A stretch of 64,000 nt of DNA, taken from NCBI GenBank assembly GCA_949358305.1, contig OX442314.1:29822001-29886000 (forward strand), in the 5' to 3' direction. Within the stretch, counting starts at the first letter, position 1; each line of letters starts with the position of its first letter. Under the pieces are notes generated by a model, which saw only the letters and a list, made by a program, of their open reading frames with translations, was not told the DNA's origin and searched no databases. A program made the translations under genes and the position numbers. Of the stretch, positions 9,625 to 19,319 are shown in pieces. Source of the stretch: Strigamia acuminata. Its lineage: Eukaryota.

Positions 9625-11298
9625 ATGGGAGAAAAGATCGAAAAAAAGAGAAAATACGTGTTGGTCGAATCCTCTTCCTCCGATGAAGAAGTAACGGCAC
9701 CTCCTTCGGCCGCCGCCGTGTTCGTAGAAGGGTGTCCCAAAACACCCGTGATTATCAACGCCAGAGGCTGGGATATTTTGAGTTGGGCTCGCCAACATCC
9801 CGAATTGCTCCCCGCTGAGCTTGGTCCACCCGGAACCCCCACGTTACAGGAGGAACCGGCCCCAAAAAAATCAACGGCGAAGCCATTTGTTATTCCAAAG
9901 ATAAAGGCGGATGATTTCACCAGAAATAATCCGCCGATTGAGAAAAATCAGCCGAGTACCAGTAAATCGCGAAAGGTGGAAATTGTGTACAACCGAGTCA
10001 AGTCGCCCGAACGAAGACGAAAATCTCCACCAACGGAAGCTAAACGCCGCCGAACCTCGGAAGACGCTACACCTTCCTCTTGTACTGGCCAGGAGCGTTC
10101 AAAAAGAGAATACGTTAGATTTAACGATTCACCAGACCGAGACCGGGAAAAGAGGTCGTATTCCTCCTACCGAAGGTCCGACCAGCCTAGGAATAGACCA
10201 AATACCAGCGCATGGTCAGATCGCCAAAAGTTGGCGAATAAAGTTCGTCAGATCCAGAAAAGACGGGACCAGTGTAAACGCGATTCAGAGAACGGCAAAC
10301 CACATGACAATATGGTACTCTCGAAGGACGAAGTGCCATGTCCTTTTTGTTCCGCCGTCGGGTGGGTCTCGGGATCGGGAACTGGAGGCCACCTGGCGCA
10401 ATGTTCCAATTGCGAGGGCACAAAGAAGCGGCCCAAAAGCCAACCTTGGCGCCCCAGCTTTCTGCCGTTTGTGGTCAAGGGAATTCACCCTCCCCCGGCC
10501 AGGTTGTGGGCAACTTGTCCGGAGTGTAAAATTGTCCTCTCCAGTGACGGAAGATCGCCGTACATCAGCCCGGAATTTTTGAACGCCATAACCACTCCAC
10601 TAGGAAGGGAAATGCAAGATCTGAGAATTCCGCCAGAAGCTCTAGAGAGCTCCCGAAGACCACAAAATACGACAGTCGTCGATAAAGGATGTCAAACGGT
10701 ATCCAAGAAGAACGAAAAAGAAGCCGAAAATGAACTTCTTGCGGAACCCTTTTTCCCTCCACCAGGAGCGAAAATTGCGCATCTATTCGAATACGAGGTG
10801 AGCTACTATTTTCCGACGCTTTTTAGAATTGCCGAGAAAATCACGGAACAAATGCGCTCAGGCTCTACCGATCCCTCGAACATCAACTATGCTGTCCATG
10901 TGATGAGGTTGATATTTAACGCCAATCGAGGCGAATCTTTTGCTGTGCTGGAGCACATATGGACACTGCTAATTGACAGAGTCAACACCGACGGAAGAGG
11001 ATTAATAAACCCTTCATGGTTCTACGGACTCCCCTGCATTGCGGAGATATACGACGCTTCGAAGAAGGCTATTGAAGAAAGTTATGAGTTAGTTGAGAAG
11101 ACTCCAGAATATGAACCAAGGTCTTCGGAGTACGCGCCGAAATCTCCACCCGCAGAAGATATAGGTGAAGAACCCAATTTCGTCATCGACCGAAGACCAG
11201 CGGAATTTCTTCCCCTAGAAAAGTCCGAAGTCGGTGAGTCCAGTGAGACTCTTAAGAAAGAGAGTGAAGGATCGGAGTCTGATGAAGAAGTCAAGTGA
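9625..11298 (+). CDS. Accessory ORF3 (~557 aa from first ATG), unknown function, not Env-like; basic/RS-rich region, CxxC motifs, helical C-terminal domain, acidic tail
   Basis: 1.7-kb GC-richer open frame between pol and the 3' LTR; KKRK and KRRR NLS-like motifs; CPFC, CSNC and CPEC; no signal peptide or transmembrane segment visible. Confidence 0.85.
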   Translation: MGEKIEKKRKYVLVESSSSDEEVTAPPSAAAVFVEGCPKTPVIINARGWDILSWARQHPELLPAELGPPGTPTLQEEPAPKKSTAKPFVIPKIKADDFTRNNPPIEKNQPSTSKSRKVEIVYNRVKSPERRRKSPPTEAKRRRTSEDATPSSCTGQERSKREYVRFNDSPDRDREKRSYSSYRRSDQPRNRPNTSAWSDRQKLANKVRQIQKRRDQCKRDSENGKPHDNMVLSKDEVPCPFCSAVGWVSGSGTGGHLAQCSNCEGTKKRPKSQPWRPSFLPFVVKGIHPPPARLWATCPECKIVLSSDGRSPYISPEFLNAITTPLGREMQDLRIPPEALESSRRPQNTTVVDKGCQTVSKKNEKEAENELLAEPFFPPPGAKIAHLFEYEVSYYFPTLFRIAEKITEQMRSGSTDPSNINYAVHVMRLIFNANRGESFAVLEHIWTLLIDRVNTDGRGLINPSWFYGLPCIAEIYDASKKAIEESYELVEKTPEYEPRSSEYAPKSPPAEDIGEEPNFVIDRRPAEFLPLEKSEVGESSETLKKESEGSESDEEVK

Positions 11299-11795
11299 CT
11301 CGCGGAGTTAATTTTCGAATTTAAAAGAATTTAAGGAAAAAATGTTAGAATTAACGAAAAACTCAAAAGTATTCTGTTTAGTATTTAATAAGCGGTTGTG
11401 ATATGCAAAAGTCATGTTATTTTTAAAAAAGGAAAATCGAGAGATAATCCTATAAATCAAAAGAAACCTTTTAATAATTGTTAAGCTAAAAAGAAATAAT
11501 TTACCAAAAAATTATGTTAAGATTCCCGTTATTTGAAAATAATAATTGTGTGAAGAAATGAGACTAAGTGTTGTAAAAAGTTTCAAGTTTGTTTTATTGT
11601 AACCAAATAATATTTTTTATTTTGATAATTCATTAAAAAGAATTGTTGCGCACATCAGAAATATGAATTTTATTTTGAGTCACACGCACACGCACTCAGC
11701 TGATGAGATGAAATAGTCCTGTTTAGGATATTAATAAAAGTTATTTTGCAAAGAATAACATAAACTTATGAATAAATGTTATAAGTTTAGTGATT

Positions 11796-11805
11796 AAGGG
11801 GGATG
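11796..11805 (+). promoter_or_regulatory. Polypurine tract
   Basis: AAGGGGGA-TG directly before the TGTGACGGT LTR start. Confidence 0.8.
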
Positions 11806-11894
11806 TGTGACGGTTTATAAGTGCTATTTATTAATAACACGGCCGAATTTTAAGTGTTTTTGGCGAAACCCGCATTTGTCAATGCTCCGAGTCG

Positions 11895-11908
11895 CCACTA
11901 GATGGCGC
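11895..11908 (+). promoter_or_regulatory. CTCF-type motif in U3
   Basis: CCACTAGATGGCGC matches the CTCF core consensus CCASYAGRKGGCRS. Confidence 0.6.
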
Positions 11909-12108
11909 GATTATAATTCAGCGGTAAATTCGAATTGCGAGTTAAGAAACTGGTAAATAAATATAAGAATATATTTATTTGTATGAAACGACACTTTATT
12001 AGGATTAATATAAATATATATTAATGATTATTGTTCACACTAAGTGATGGGAATCTCTAGTTCAGCAGAAATGGAGATTTGATAATCCATCGATCAACCG
12101 ATCGATGT

Positions 12109-12300
12109 GATTGGTGGATCCATTTCCGGTCCTGGGTATCCAGTTCCGGTTGTGGTGTGAATTAGCATATTGCTCCTCCGTATCCACTTCCGGCGATACG
12201 GGATTGGAGGGATTCGTGGAACCCATGTTCCAATTGGTTGATTGGATTAATCTCTAATCCAGTCAGGTTATATAAACCCAAACAACCGGCCATCCGGCAG
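12109..12300 (+). promoter_or_regulatory. LTR promoter (reverse CCAAT boxes, ETS-like TTCCGG sites, TATA box)
   Basis: Several ATTGG and three TTCCGG motifs upstream of TATATAAA (12269-12276); start site inferred near 12299. Confidence 0.6.
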
Positions 12301-13460
12301 CTCTGTTTGATTATTTTCTGTTTGGTATTGTTACTTAAGAAATATGATTCGTTGTTCACGTAAAAAAAACCTTTTGGTTCTTTGTTGATTTATTCACAAA
12401 GAACCGTTGCATGATTCTACAGAATCATGCCACCGCCGGCAATTGAAGTCGAAGTGCTGGGATCATTATGTTGCATAAATGTTACAGTTTACGGTTGCGA
12501 CGCCGAAGGAGAACCCGCCGTTGTGCAATTCAGTATCCTCCGGACAGGACCATGTGGTCTTTCTCGGTATGAACGTATTCCGTTACCGCAAGTAGCATCG
12601 TTGCTGTTGAGAATTAGTTCCTTCACCGGATGGTGCCAAAGCAGTCTGTTTTACAGTAACCACGAGTAGCACCAAGTGTTTGGCCAGCTGATTCTCATGG
12701 TATTCGATGCCAAAGTAGTCGGTCTATTATTAGTACCGCGAGAGATTATACTGCTGTGCGGAGCCGCGAGCTATCGACTCCTGTGTACGTGATACCGTCA
12801 ATCGCCAGACGAACGACCGTGTCGCGACGCAGGGGACGCTTGATACCGTTCTGCATTGCAAGGCGTATATTTTCTTTCGACGGCAATTGTGTGTTGCGAC
12901 GGGAAGCCTAATCTTCATTTTATTTATAACAGCTAAATATTAACTTGGCGACAAGTTGATTAACCAAGTCAGAAGACTTAATTACGATCACGATTACATC
13001 AAAGACGCAAATGTAACTGATAAGTTGATGACAACTTATCCACAAAAATATCTAAATAAGAATTCACAACTCCAATGAATTAAATATAATTCATAAGTGG
13101 AATATTGATAAGTAAATGAATACATTTACTTAAACCAATATCCTCCCTAAGTTGTGGCGGTGCAGACAAAGTCAACCGCATTTCTCAGATCATTCGATTT
13201 ATCGACGTGCGATAATTTACACAAGCGAACCAAGAAACCAGCGAAGCCGTATCGGACTCCAGGACACAGCCATCCGGCTTAAGATGACATCTATAATCAG
13301 GTTGAGCGATGGGGAAACCGCTCCCGCATCTCGGACCCGTAATGATATTATTATAGAGCCATTTGGCTAACTTGTTGTATAGTTTAAATAGTAAGTTAAC
13401 TTGCCAAATGTCGGCAGTAGTCCTATGTATAATTTAGCCTTGATATTATTGTTTACCAAC

Positions 13461-13466
13461 AATAAA
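13461..13466 (+). terminator. LTR polyadenylation signal (5' LTR copy at 1038-1043)
   Basis: AATAAA followed by a GT/T-rich tract, 120 bp from the LTR end. Confidence 0.7.
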
Positions 13467-13586
13467 CTGTAGGGTATTGATAATTCTGTTGTCTATGGTT
13501 TATCTCATATTGTATTCACTGTATTTGTATTTGCGATCTATTCCCGGTACCATTGTTAAATGGGAGTTGTGGTCGTCACCGTCACA

Positions 13587-14064
13587 CGGTTGCAACCCCC
13601 TTGCGGTTTCCAGTATGAACGTTAGGGACTTGAGTGCTGCAGTTCAGCGAGTGATTTTCCGCCAGCAAAGCAATAGCGACTGGATGCGTTATACGCGTGT
13701 GAGTGAGTTCCCCACGACTGTGTGGGCACGCACCGGTTTCGACGAGCTTTTTCCCTTTGGGGCCCTCGATTGGCAACGGCCTTCTCTTCGCGATCCGACG
13801 ACTTTTTTACAGGCGGACCCGGACTTGTGGCGGCAGTACTTTTATGCCGTCGCGAGGGCAGAACATGGGTGGCCGGAGAACCAGGCTATGGCCCTCTTCG
13901 AGCTGGACGACACTCAGATCGGGGCTCTGGAGCAGCTCATCGCGTCCAACCTTACGCGTTATCGCCCCCGAAACGAGGACCAACTTGGAGATGTAATTGC
14001 GTGTCGTGTAGTGCTTCTGGTCGAGGAGATTCTTCGTGTTGTGTTTCCAGGAGATAGTGACTAA
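13587..14064 (+). pseudogene. 3' part (~158 codons) of an orphan ORF interrupted by the Gypsy insertion; probably the accessory ORF of a second LTR element
   Basis: GC-rich open frame with protein-like composition starting exactly at the LTR boundary; no recognisable family. Confidence 0.6.
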
Positions 14065-14692
14065 GTGACTTTGGACTTGACCTGTGTGGACTTACTGAAC
14101 GTGACTTTTTGTTTTTACGCATTTTTTGGTTTGGGTGGGTAAGTCCCCATTCAAACGCGTGTTTATTTTATATTTTTATGTTTCGTTTTCCAAGTTGCGA
14201 TAACTGAATGTGATATTTTTTACCGATTGTGATATTTATTTATTTTTGTTTATTTTCTAGTGTTCCCCGCGCCTCCTGCGACCACCTGCACGGCCGAAGG
14301 ATGTTCATTCCTCCTCCGGCAATCACGTACCGGGTGGAGATGACCCTTAAATTTTCTTCCTTTGGCTGTGCGGCTGGCCGCGGCAGGCGTTGGTTTTCCC
14401 AACAATCGAGGATTGTATGGTGATGTTTTGTTAGTTTTAGAGTTTATCTTAGTGCCAAATGCATTCTCGCCAGTGTTTAGTTTATTATTTAACGCGTCTA
14501 ACGCGAATGTTTGATTTAGTCATTCTCTTTTGTTATCGCATCATCCTTAAGTTTAAGACCGCTAAGGTTGCGGCGAATTTAGTCTATTTTGATTGCTTTT
14601 TGATTTTAATTATGTTTCTGATTGGATTATCTTGTTTTGTATCGTTTCATTGCCGTTTTAACCGGAGCAATAAAACTCTGGTGGTTGGGGCG

Positions 14693-15851
14693 TGTCACGG
14701 TCCGGTGCTCACGCGTACGAGTAGTACGCATTGTTTCCCCCGTGTTGTGTTCCTAATAAACCCTAATTGTGTTCCTACCTTGTATTGTTTTCATTCTGTC
14801 TTATGTTTAGCCAAATTCTCCTCATTTTCCCTCATTCCTTCCTTTCTTATCTCTTACTCACTCCTAACTCTCTTTTCTCTCTCACTTCTCTCTTATCTCT
14901 TCCTAGTTTTTCTATTTCTGTTTATTGTTTTGATGCGAACTCATTTGCATTTCTATTCTGGTCAGTACGCGTCGACGTTAGTCATACACTTAGTATGCAC
15001 CGACTGTACTGATTGGCTCTTGACTCTTCCGTGATTGGTTGAGCTTGGATGAGTCCAAGTTTACCTTTCACCCTATTTTTCCCTTTTTCCCTCAGTTAAG
15101 CTCTGTATCCCGAACGCGTAGGTGCTCTTTGGAGCCAGTGCTCATGGCAGAGTCTTAGCTCACTTCACAAAGCTCACTTGCTGCTTTGTTTCACCTAGTA
15201 GTTCTGAGATATGACTCTAGGTTTTCACCTCATTATTAACAGTGTTAGCTCACACTTTTATCCACTTGAACCTGTTGTTTTTCCGCTTCCTTTCGTGTTG
15301 TTTTAAGCGCCGTGACGCGTCGCTATTTAGGCAGGATAAGTTTGTTTGGCTTTCAAACTGAAATCTTTGTGTCTATTTATTTCATGCGTCCGGCGCGTAG
15401 CTTAGTTTCGCCGCTCACAACGAGCTTTAGCTTAATTAAGCATTAGTTTGAGGTTTAGTTAGGGATTTGCGTGACCGTGCAGGCCAGTTACGCACGCGTT
15501 AGCACGCATTCCACGCTTCACTTCGACAGCGAGGCGGACGCTTGTGAGTCGGGACGTTACGTGTTTCGTTTAACTTCGTGTGATCTTGTGATCTGCACGA
15601 TACGTTGCGGGACGCGCGTTGGGTCTTGACTCTGGTGACCGCTAAGCAAATTCTGTCCCCCCATTTTAGTAGCTCGGAATACCCGGCCAAAATAAATATT
15701 CGTGTAAAGATCGGGATCTGGAGTGTGTGCTACCGACATAAGGCGTGCACTCACGGCTGGGCAGGTCTCGAGGACCAGGCTCCCAAGATTTTCTGTATCG
15801 CGGCGTCTTTCAAACGCGTCCCAAACCGCTCGGGAAACGCGATTCATTACA
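14693..15851 (+). mobile_element. Putative 3' LTR of a second, unrelated LTR retrotransposon
   Basis: G-rich tract GGTGGTTGGGGCG then TGTCACG; TATTTA at 15324; AATAAA at 15691; ends CATTACA, where the composition switches abruptly to AT-rich satellite; partner LTR not in the window. Confidence 0.5.
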
Positions 15852-16035
15852 AAATTCATTTTTTAAACAAAAAATTTATTTTTTTTAAACAAAAAATTTA
15901 TTTTTTTTAAACAAAAAATTTATTTTTTTTAAACAAAAAATTCCTGTTTTTTAAACAAAAAATTCATTTTTTTTTAAACAAAAAATTCATTTTTTGAACT
16001 AAAAAATTCCGGGAAAAAAAATTATTTTTTTTTAA
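15852..16035. repeat. ~21-22 bp AT-rich minisatellite (AAACAAAAAATTYATTTTTTT); related units at ~16550-16660
   Basis: Visible tandem units. Confidence 0.85.
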
Positions 16036-17259
16036 CAATCTTCGGTGTTTAAATCCTAAATTGCGGCAAAAAGATGCGCGCTGAGTGGACGCGCATGCGC
16101 AGGTTCGCCGAATTCATTTTTAAAGTTGACCTTCAGCTTGGGTGTCGGTCATTACAGAATTCCAATTCCGTGTTGGATAAAAATATTAAATTCGGTCCTT
16201 GTTTATTAATTGGTTTTTGTATTTGAATAAATCAATAAATCCAGATGCGTATCAATCGGAAGCGGGTGATTAAAAGGATAGGATGTGAGCGAGAACGGTC
16301 AGAAATAATGGAGACCGCTAACTAGTCCGGTTTAGAACTTCAGTCGCGATCGGGTGATGACTAAAGTAATGAAAATCAATATATAAGATGACTTGTGGAT
16401 AGATCGAAGATTAATCACAAAGTGAAAAATCAATCAATCGTGATCGATTAAATAGTTTTCGATCAGCTGATCACTTGGATCAATTCATCAAAGAAAATAG
16501 GGGTGAAGATAAATCAATGTTAAATTAAATCGCGAATAGAGACGCACACCTTTATTTTCCAGACAAAAATTTTATATTCCAGACAAAGTATTCATTTTCT
16601 AGACAAGAAAATTCATTTTCCAGGCAAAAAAATTCATTTTCCAGACAAATAATTCATATTGTTGGATCCGCTGTTGTCTTAACCAACAAAGGGAGCCAAA
16701 AATGACAATATTAAAGCTTACAGCATCGTTTGTTTATAATAATGACCTTATGGTACAAAACTATGTTGTTGGAGAATAGATTTAAGCTTACTATACAGTC
16801 TTTCCTCTGGTGACAGCATAATTTGTCAGCTAGCTACATCGTGCAATTGAATCTGGAGCATCAAAGATGATTGATTTTATGATTAATAGAAAAAAAACAA
16901 AATTCCAAACTTGTACGTTTAACGAATTTCTTATTATTGTTGGCATCGGAACTCGCTATCATGTTTTAAGAGTATCATTACTACCGGCAAACTGCTTACC
17001 CCGGATGCACAATCGTAGGTCGTACCGATTTCGGCATCAACAATGCACCAGGAGTAACTAATGATTCAATAGCTTGAAAATCATCATTCGGAACTTTTAA
17101 TTTATTGTCTGTTTGCTTGCTATACTCAAACCCACCATAAGAGTGGCCTATTGTCCATTGGCCCAGCCTCATTACTTCTAACTGTGGTCTGTATGCTATC
17201 ACCATAAAAAGTAGTTTAGCTTTGTTTTTAATTTGTTTGATTACTTTAATAATTGAATT

Positions 17260-17809
17260 CAAGGGTGTGTTTGAATCGGTTTGAATCGGAGTTTTTAAAA
17301 TCTGATACAATCCAAAAAAATTTGGATGGATAAACCAAATATCCTATCCTATCCTATCCGGAAAAAAATGGTGGCCCATCCAATCCTATCCTCATTCAAT
17401 TCAAACCGAGTGCGGATTGCGGATAAGATTGAGTCCCAAACGTCTCAAACTGATGAATTAAGTGCAGAAATGACCAAAAACTGATGAATTAAGTGCAGAA
17501 ATGACCAAAAACTGATGAATCATGTGCAGAAATGACCAAAGACGGATGAATTAAGTGCAAAACTGACCAAATGAAGTCAAATAAGTCAAATAAAGCCATA
17601 AGAATTTAAAATAAAGTGCATTTAAATTGATTTTTTGAATTTCGGATTATAAGGATCGGTTTCGGTTTTTTCTCCAATCCTATCCAGAATGTATGGATAA
17701 AATTTTGAATTATCCTATCCGATTAAAAAAATCGGATTGATTTGGGACCATTCGAATCCGATTTAATTCAATCCGAATTCGGTTTGGGTCCTATCCGACC
17801 GCACCCTTA
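17260..17809. mobile_element. hAT-like MITE with an internal ~31-bp tandem repeat
   Basis: Ends CAAGGGTG...CACCCTTA; 8-bp flanks ATTGAATT/ATTGAAAT; subterminal ATCCGA/TCGGAT motifs; about 4 copies of AACTGATGAATTAAGTGCAGAAATGACCAAA at ~17447-17570. Confidence 0.7.
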
Positions 17810-19319
17810 ATTGAAATGATGTATGTTATTTGTATTTTATAAGAAAATGTTATTTCAATTCATAAAATACAGATTTATGATGTTTATATTTCAACATATT
17901 CATGTTTATTCAGTTTATTGCTTGCTTTGTCAGGAAAGCAAACAATTTTCTAACAATAGGTAATCGATTACAAAGTCTGTGCATTTGGGTCTATTTTTTG
18001 TATCACTACACAAGTGAAATGGCTCGGCCAATGGAAAATAGACCACTCTTATGATGGGCTTGATTTGCTGTGCCGTGCTCCGCTTTGCCAAGGCACGGTG
18101 AGCGCAAACCCACATAACTAGTTGCAGAAATTAGAATGAATTAATTGAGGAAACTTAATGACATAATGGACCATTAGGCTGACCTCCCAAAGCGCCTGAA
18201 CCACAGGTCTTCCTTCCACTTGCCAGCCGATTCCCTCCCAACTTCTGGTCATTTCACATTTATTCTTGCAACTCTGGAATATATTTTATACTAACAAATG
18301 CATCTGGATCTTAACCCACCCTATTTCCCTTCTAATCCCACCCCGCTAAGTGGGTGAAGTCATAATGTAATTCACAAAGGATGCTTGGCGAATCGCGACA
18401 AATGCACGCGCGGAAAGTCAGAGACGCGTTGGAATTGAGTGGTGGTCAATTTCAAAGCACCTAGCGCGTCTCGGCGTTACGACTTGTGCGCGGAACGTCT
18501 AATCATAACAAAGTAGGTCGTTTCTGCCAGGAATGTTAGGAGTTTTTGATAATGGTGTCTCCTGGGGAACGGGTCGCGTTAGAAACACGCTTAAAGATGT
18601 TATCAACAAAAGCAAGTTTGTTTTATTTGTTTTTAACTTATTAGGAATTAGATACGGCTTTTCCTCCCACAACAATATTCATGCGGACAAGAGTAAAGCG
18701 AGGATTTATTGATGTTGGCGAGCTTCTTGCTGTGGCCAACTATGAATCCTTTTTTTACACCGTGTTAAATTGACTGTAACTTCCAGACAGTTAGCACAAA
18801 TTTGATCAATGGTTTTGATATGAAATTTGTCCGCAGTAGCTGAGGCTGCCCAGCATGCAGTGGGAAGAATTTACTGCAAGAAAAACACAGTTTCGAGTAA
18901 TTCAAGTATGATCAGTAGTGATTCTGCCACTTTGAGCCACTGTTGTGAATTATAGGTTTGGTTTGGGAGTTTAGGTGCTTCTGCTTGGGTGTATAGTTGG
19001 GTTTAATCATTTTTGCTATAAAGACGTGAGAAGGGGGATCTGTGGGATGGGTGAGTGTGCTTATTTATTGGTCAATTATTTTTGTTGGCACATCGTTTTC
19101 AGGTGAGAATAACAGATGAAGCAATTCATTGTTGAAAGAGTTGTGGGTACAAGGGTGGTCGTAGATCAAAATAGGCTATAAACGTTATAGGATGTTAGTG
19201 TTTAAGGGTTCTTAAACAGTTTTGTCTTCTAAGTATTGACTAGCTAGTCAGGAGGTTCAATAGAGGTCAATAAAGCCGGTGTGTGATTTGAAAATTTGTG
19301 ACGAAATTCGTGACTTATT

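Larger units (their letters stand above)
1..13586 (+). mobile_element. Ty3/Gypsy (Metaviridae) LTR retrotransposon, near full length with intact ORFs; first ~618 bp of the 5' LTR lie outside the window
   Basis: Direct repeats 1-1163 and 12424-13586 (offset 12423); PBS after the 5' LTR; purine tract before the 3' LTR; gag and pol with domain order PR-RT-RNaseH-IN. Confidence 0.97.
11806..13586 (+). repeat. 3' LTR, 1781 bp
   Basis: Terminal inverted repeat TGTGACGGT...ACCGTCACA (TG...CA); matches window positions 1-1163. Confidence 0.95.

Noticed and set aside
9589..11298. ORF3 as an envelope gene
   Set aside because: The apparent hydrophobic start comes from an upstream TTG; from the first ATG there is no signal peptide, fusion peptide or TM anchor
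11670..11716. Hammerhead-like arrangement (TTGAGT/ACTCAG stem, CTGATGA, GAAA) upstream of the PPT
   Set aside because: Only 3 nt (GAT) lie between CTGATGA and GAAA, so there is no stem II; stem III is weak and the cleavage triplet poor; probably chance
13477..14064. 195-aa ORF as one native gene
   Set aside because: Its first ~36 codons are LTR U5 sequence, so it is a junction chimera
14459..15034. 191-aa hydrophobic ORF
   Set aside because: Produced by a CT/T-rich low-complexity tract and spans the putative LTR boundary
16996..17200. Minus-strand frame containing GHSYGG (alpha/beta-hydrolase nucleophile-like) ending at a GTAAGC donor
   Set aside because: Flanking residues do not fit the strand-elbow-helix context, and the next exon-like segment has stops in all frames
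17447..17570. CTGATGA...GAAA in each unit of the ~31-bp repeat (possible tandem hammerheads)
   Set aside because: No pairing for stems I-III
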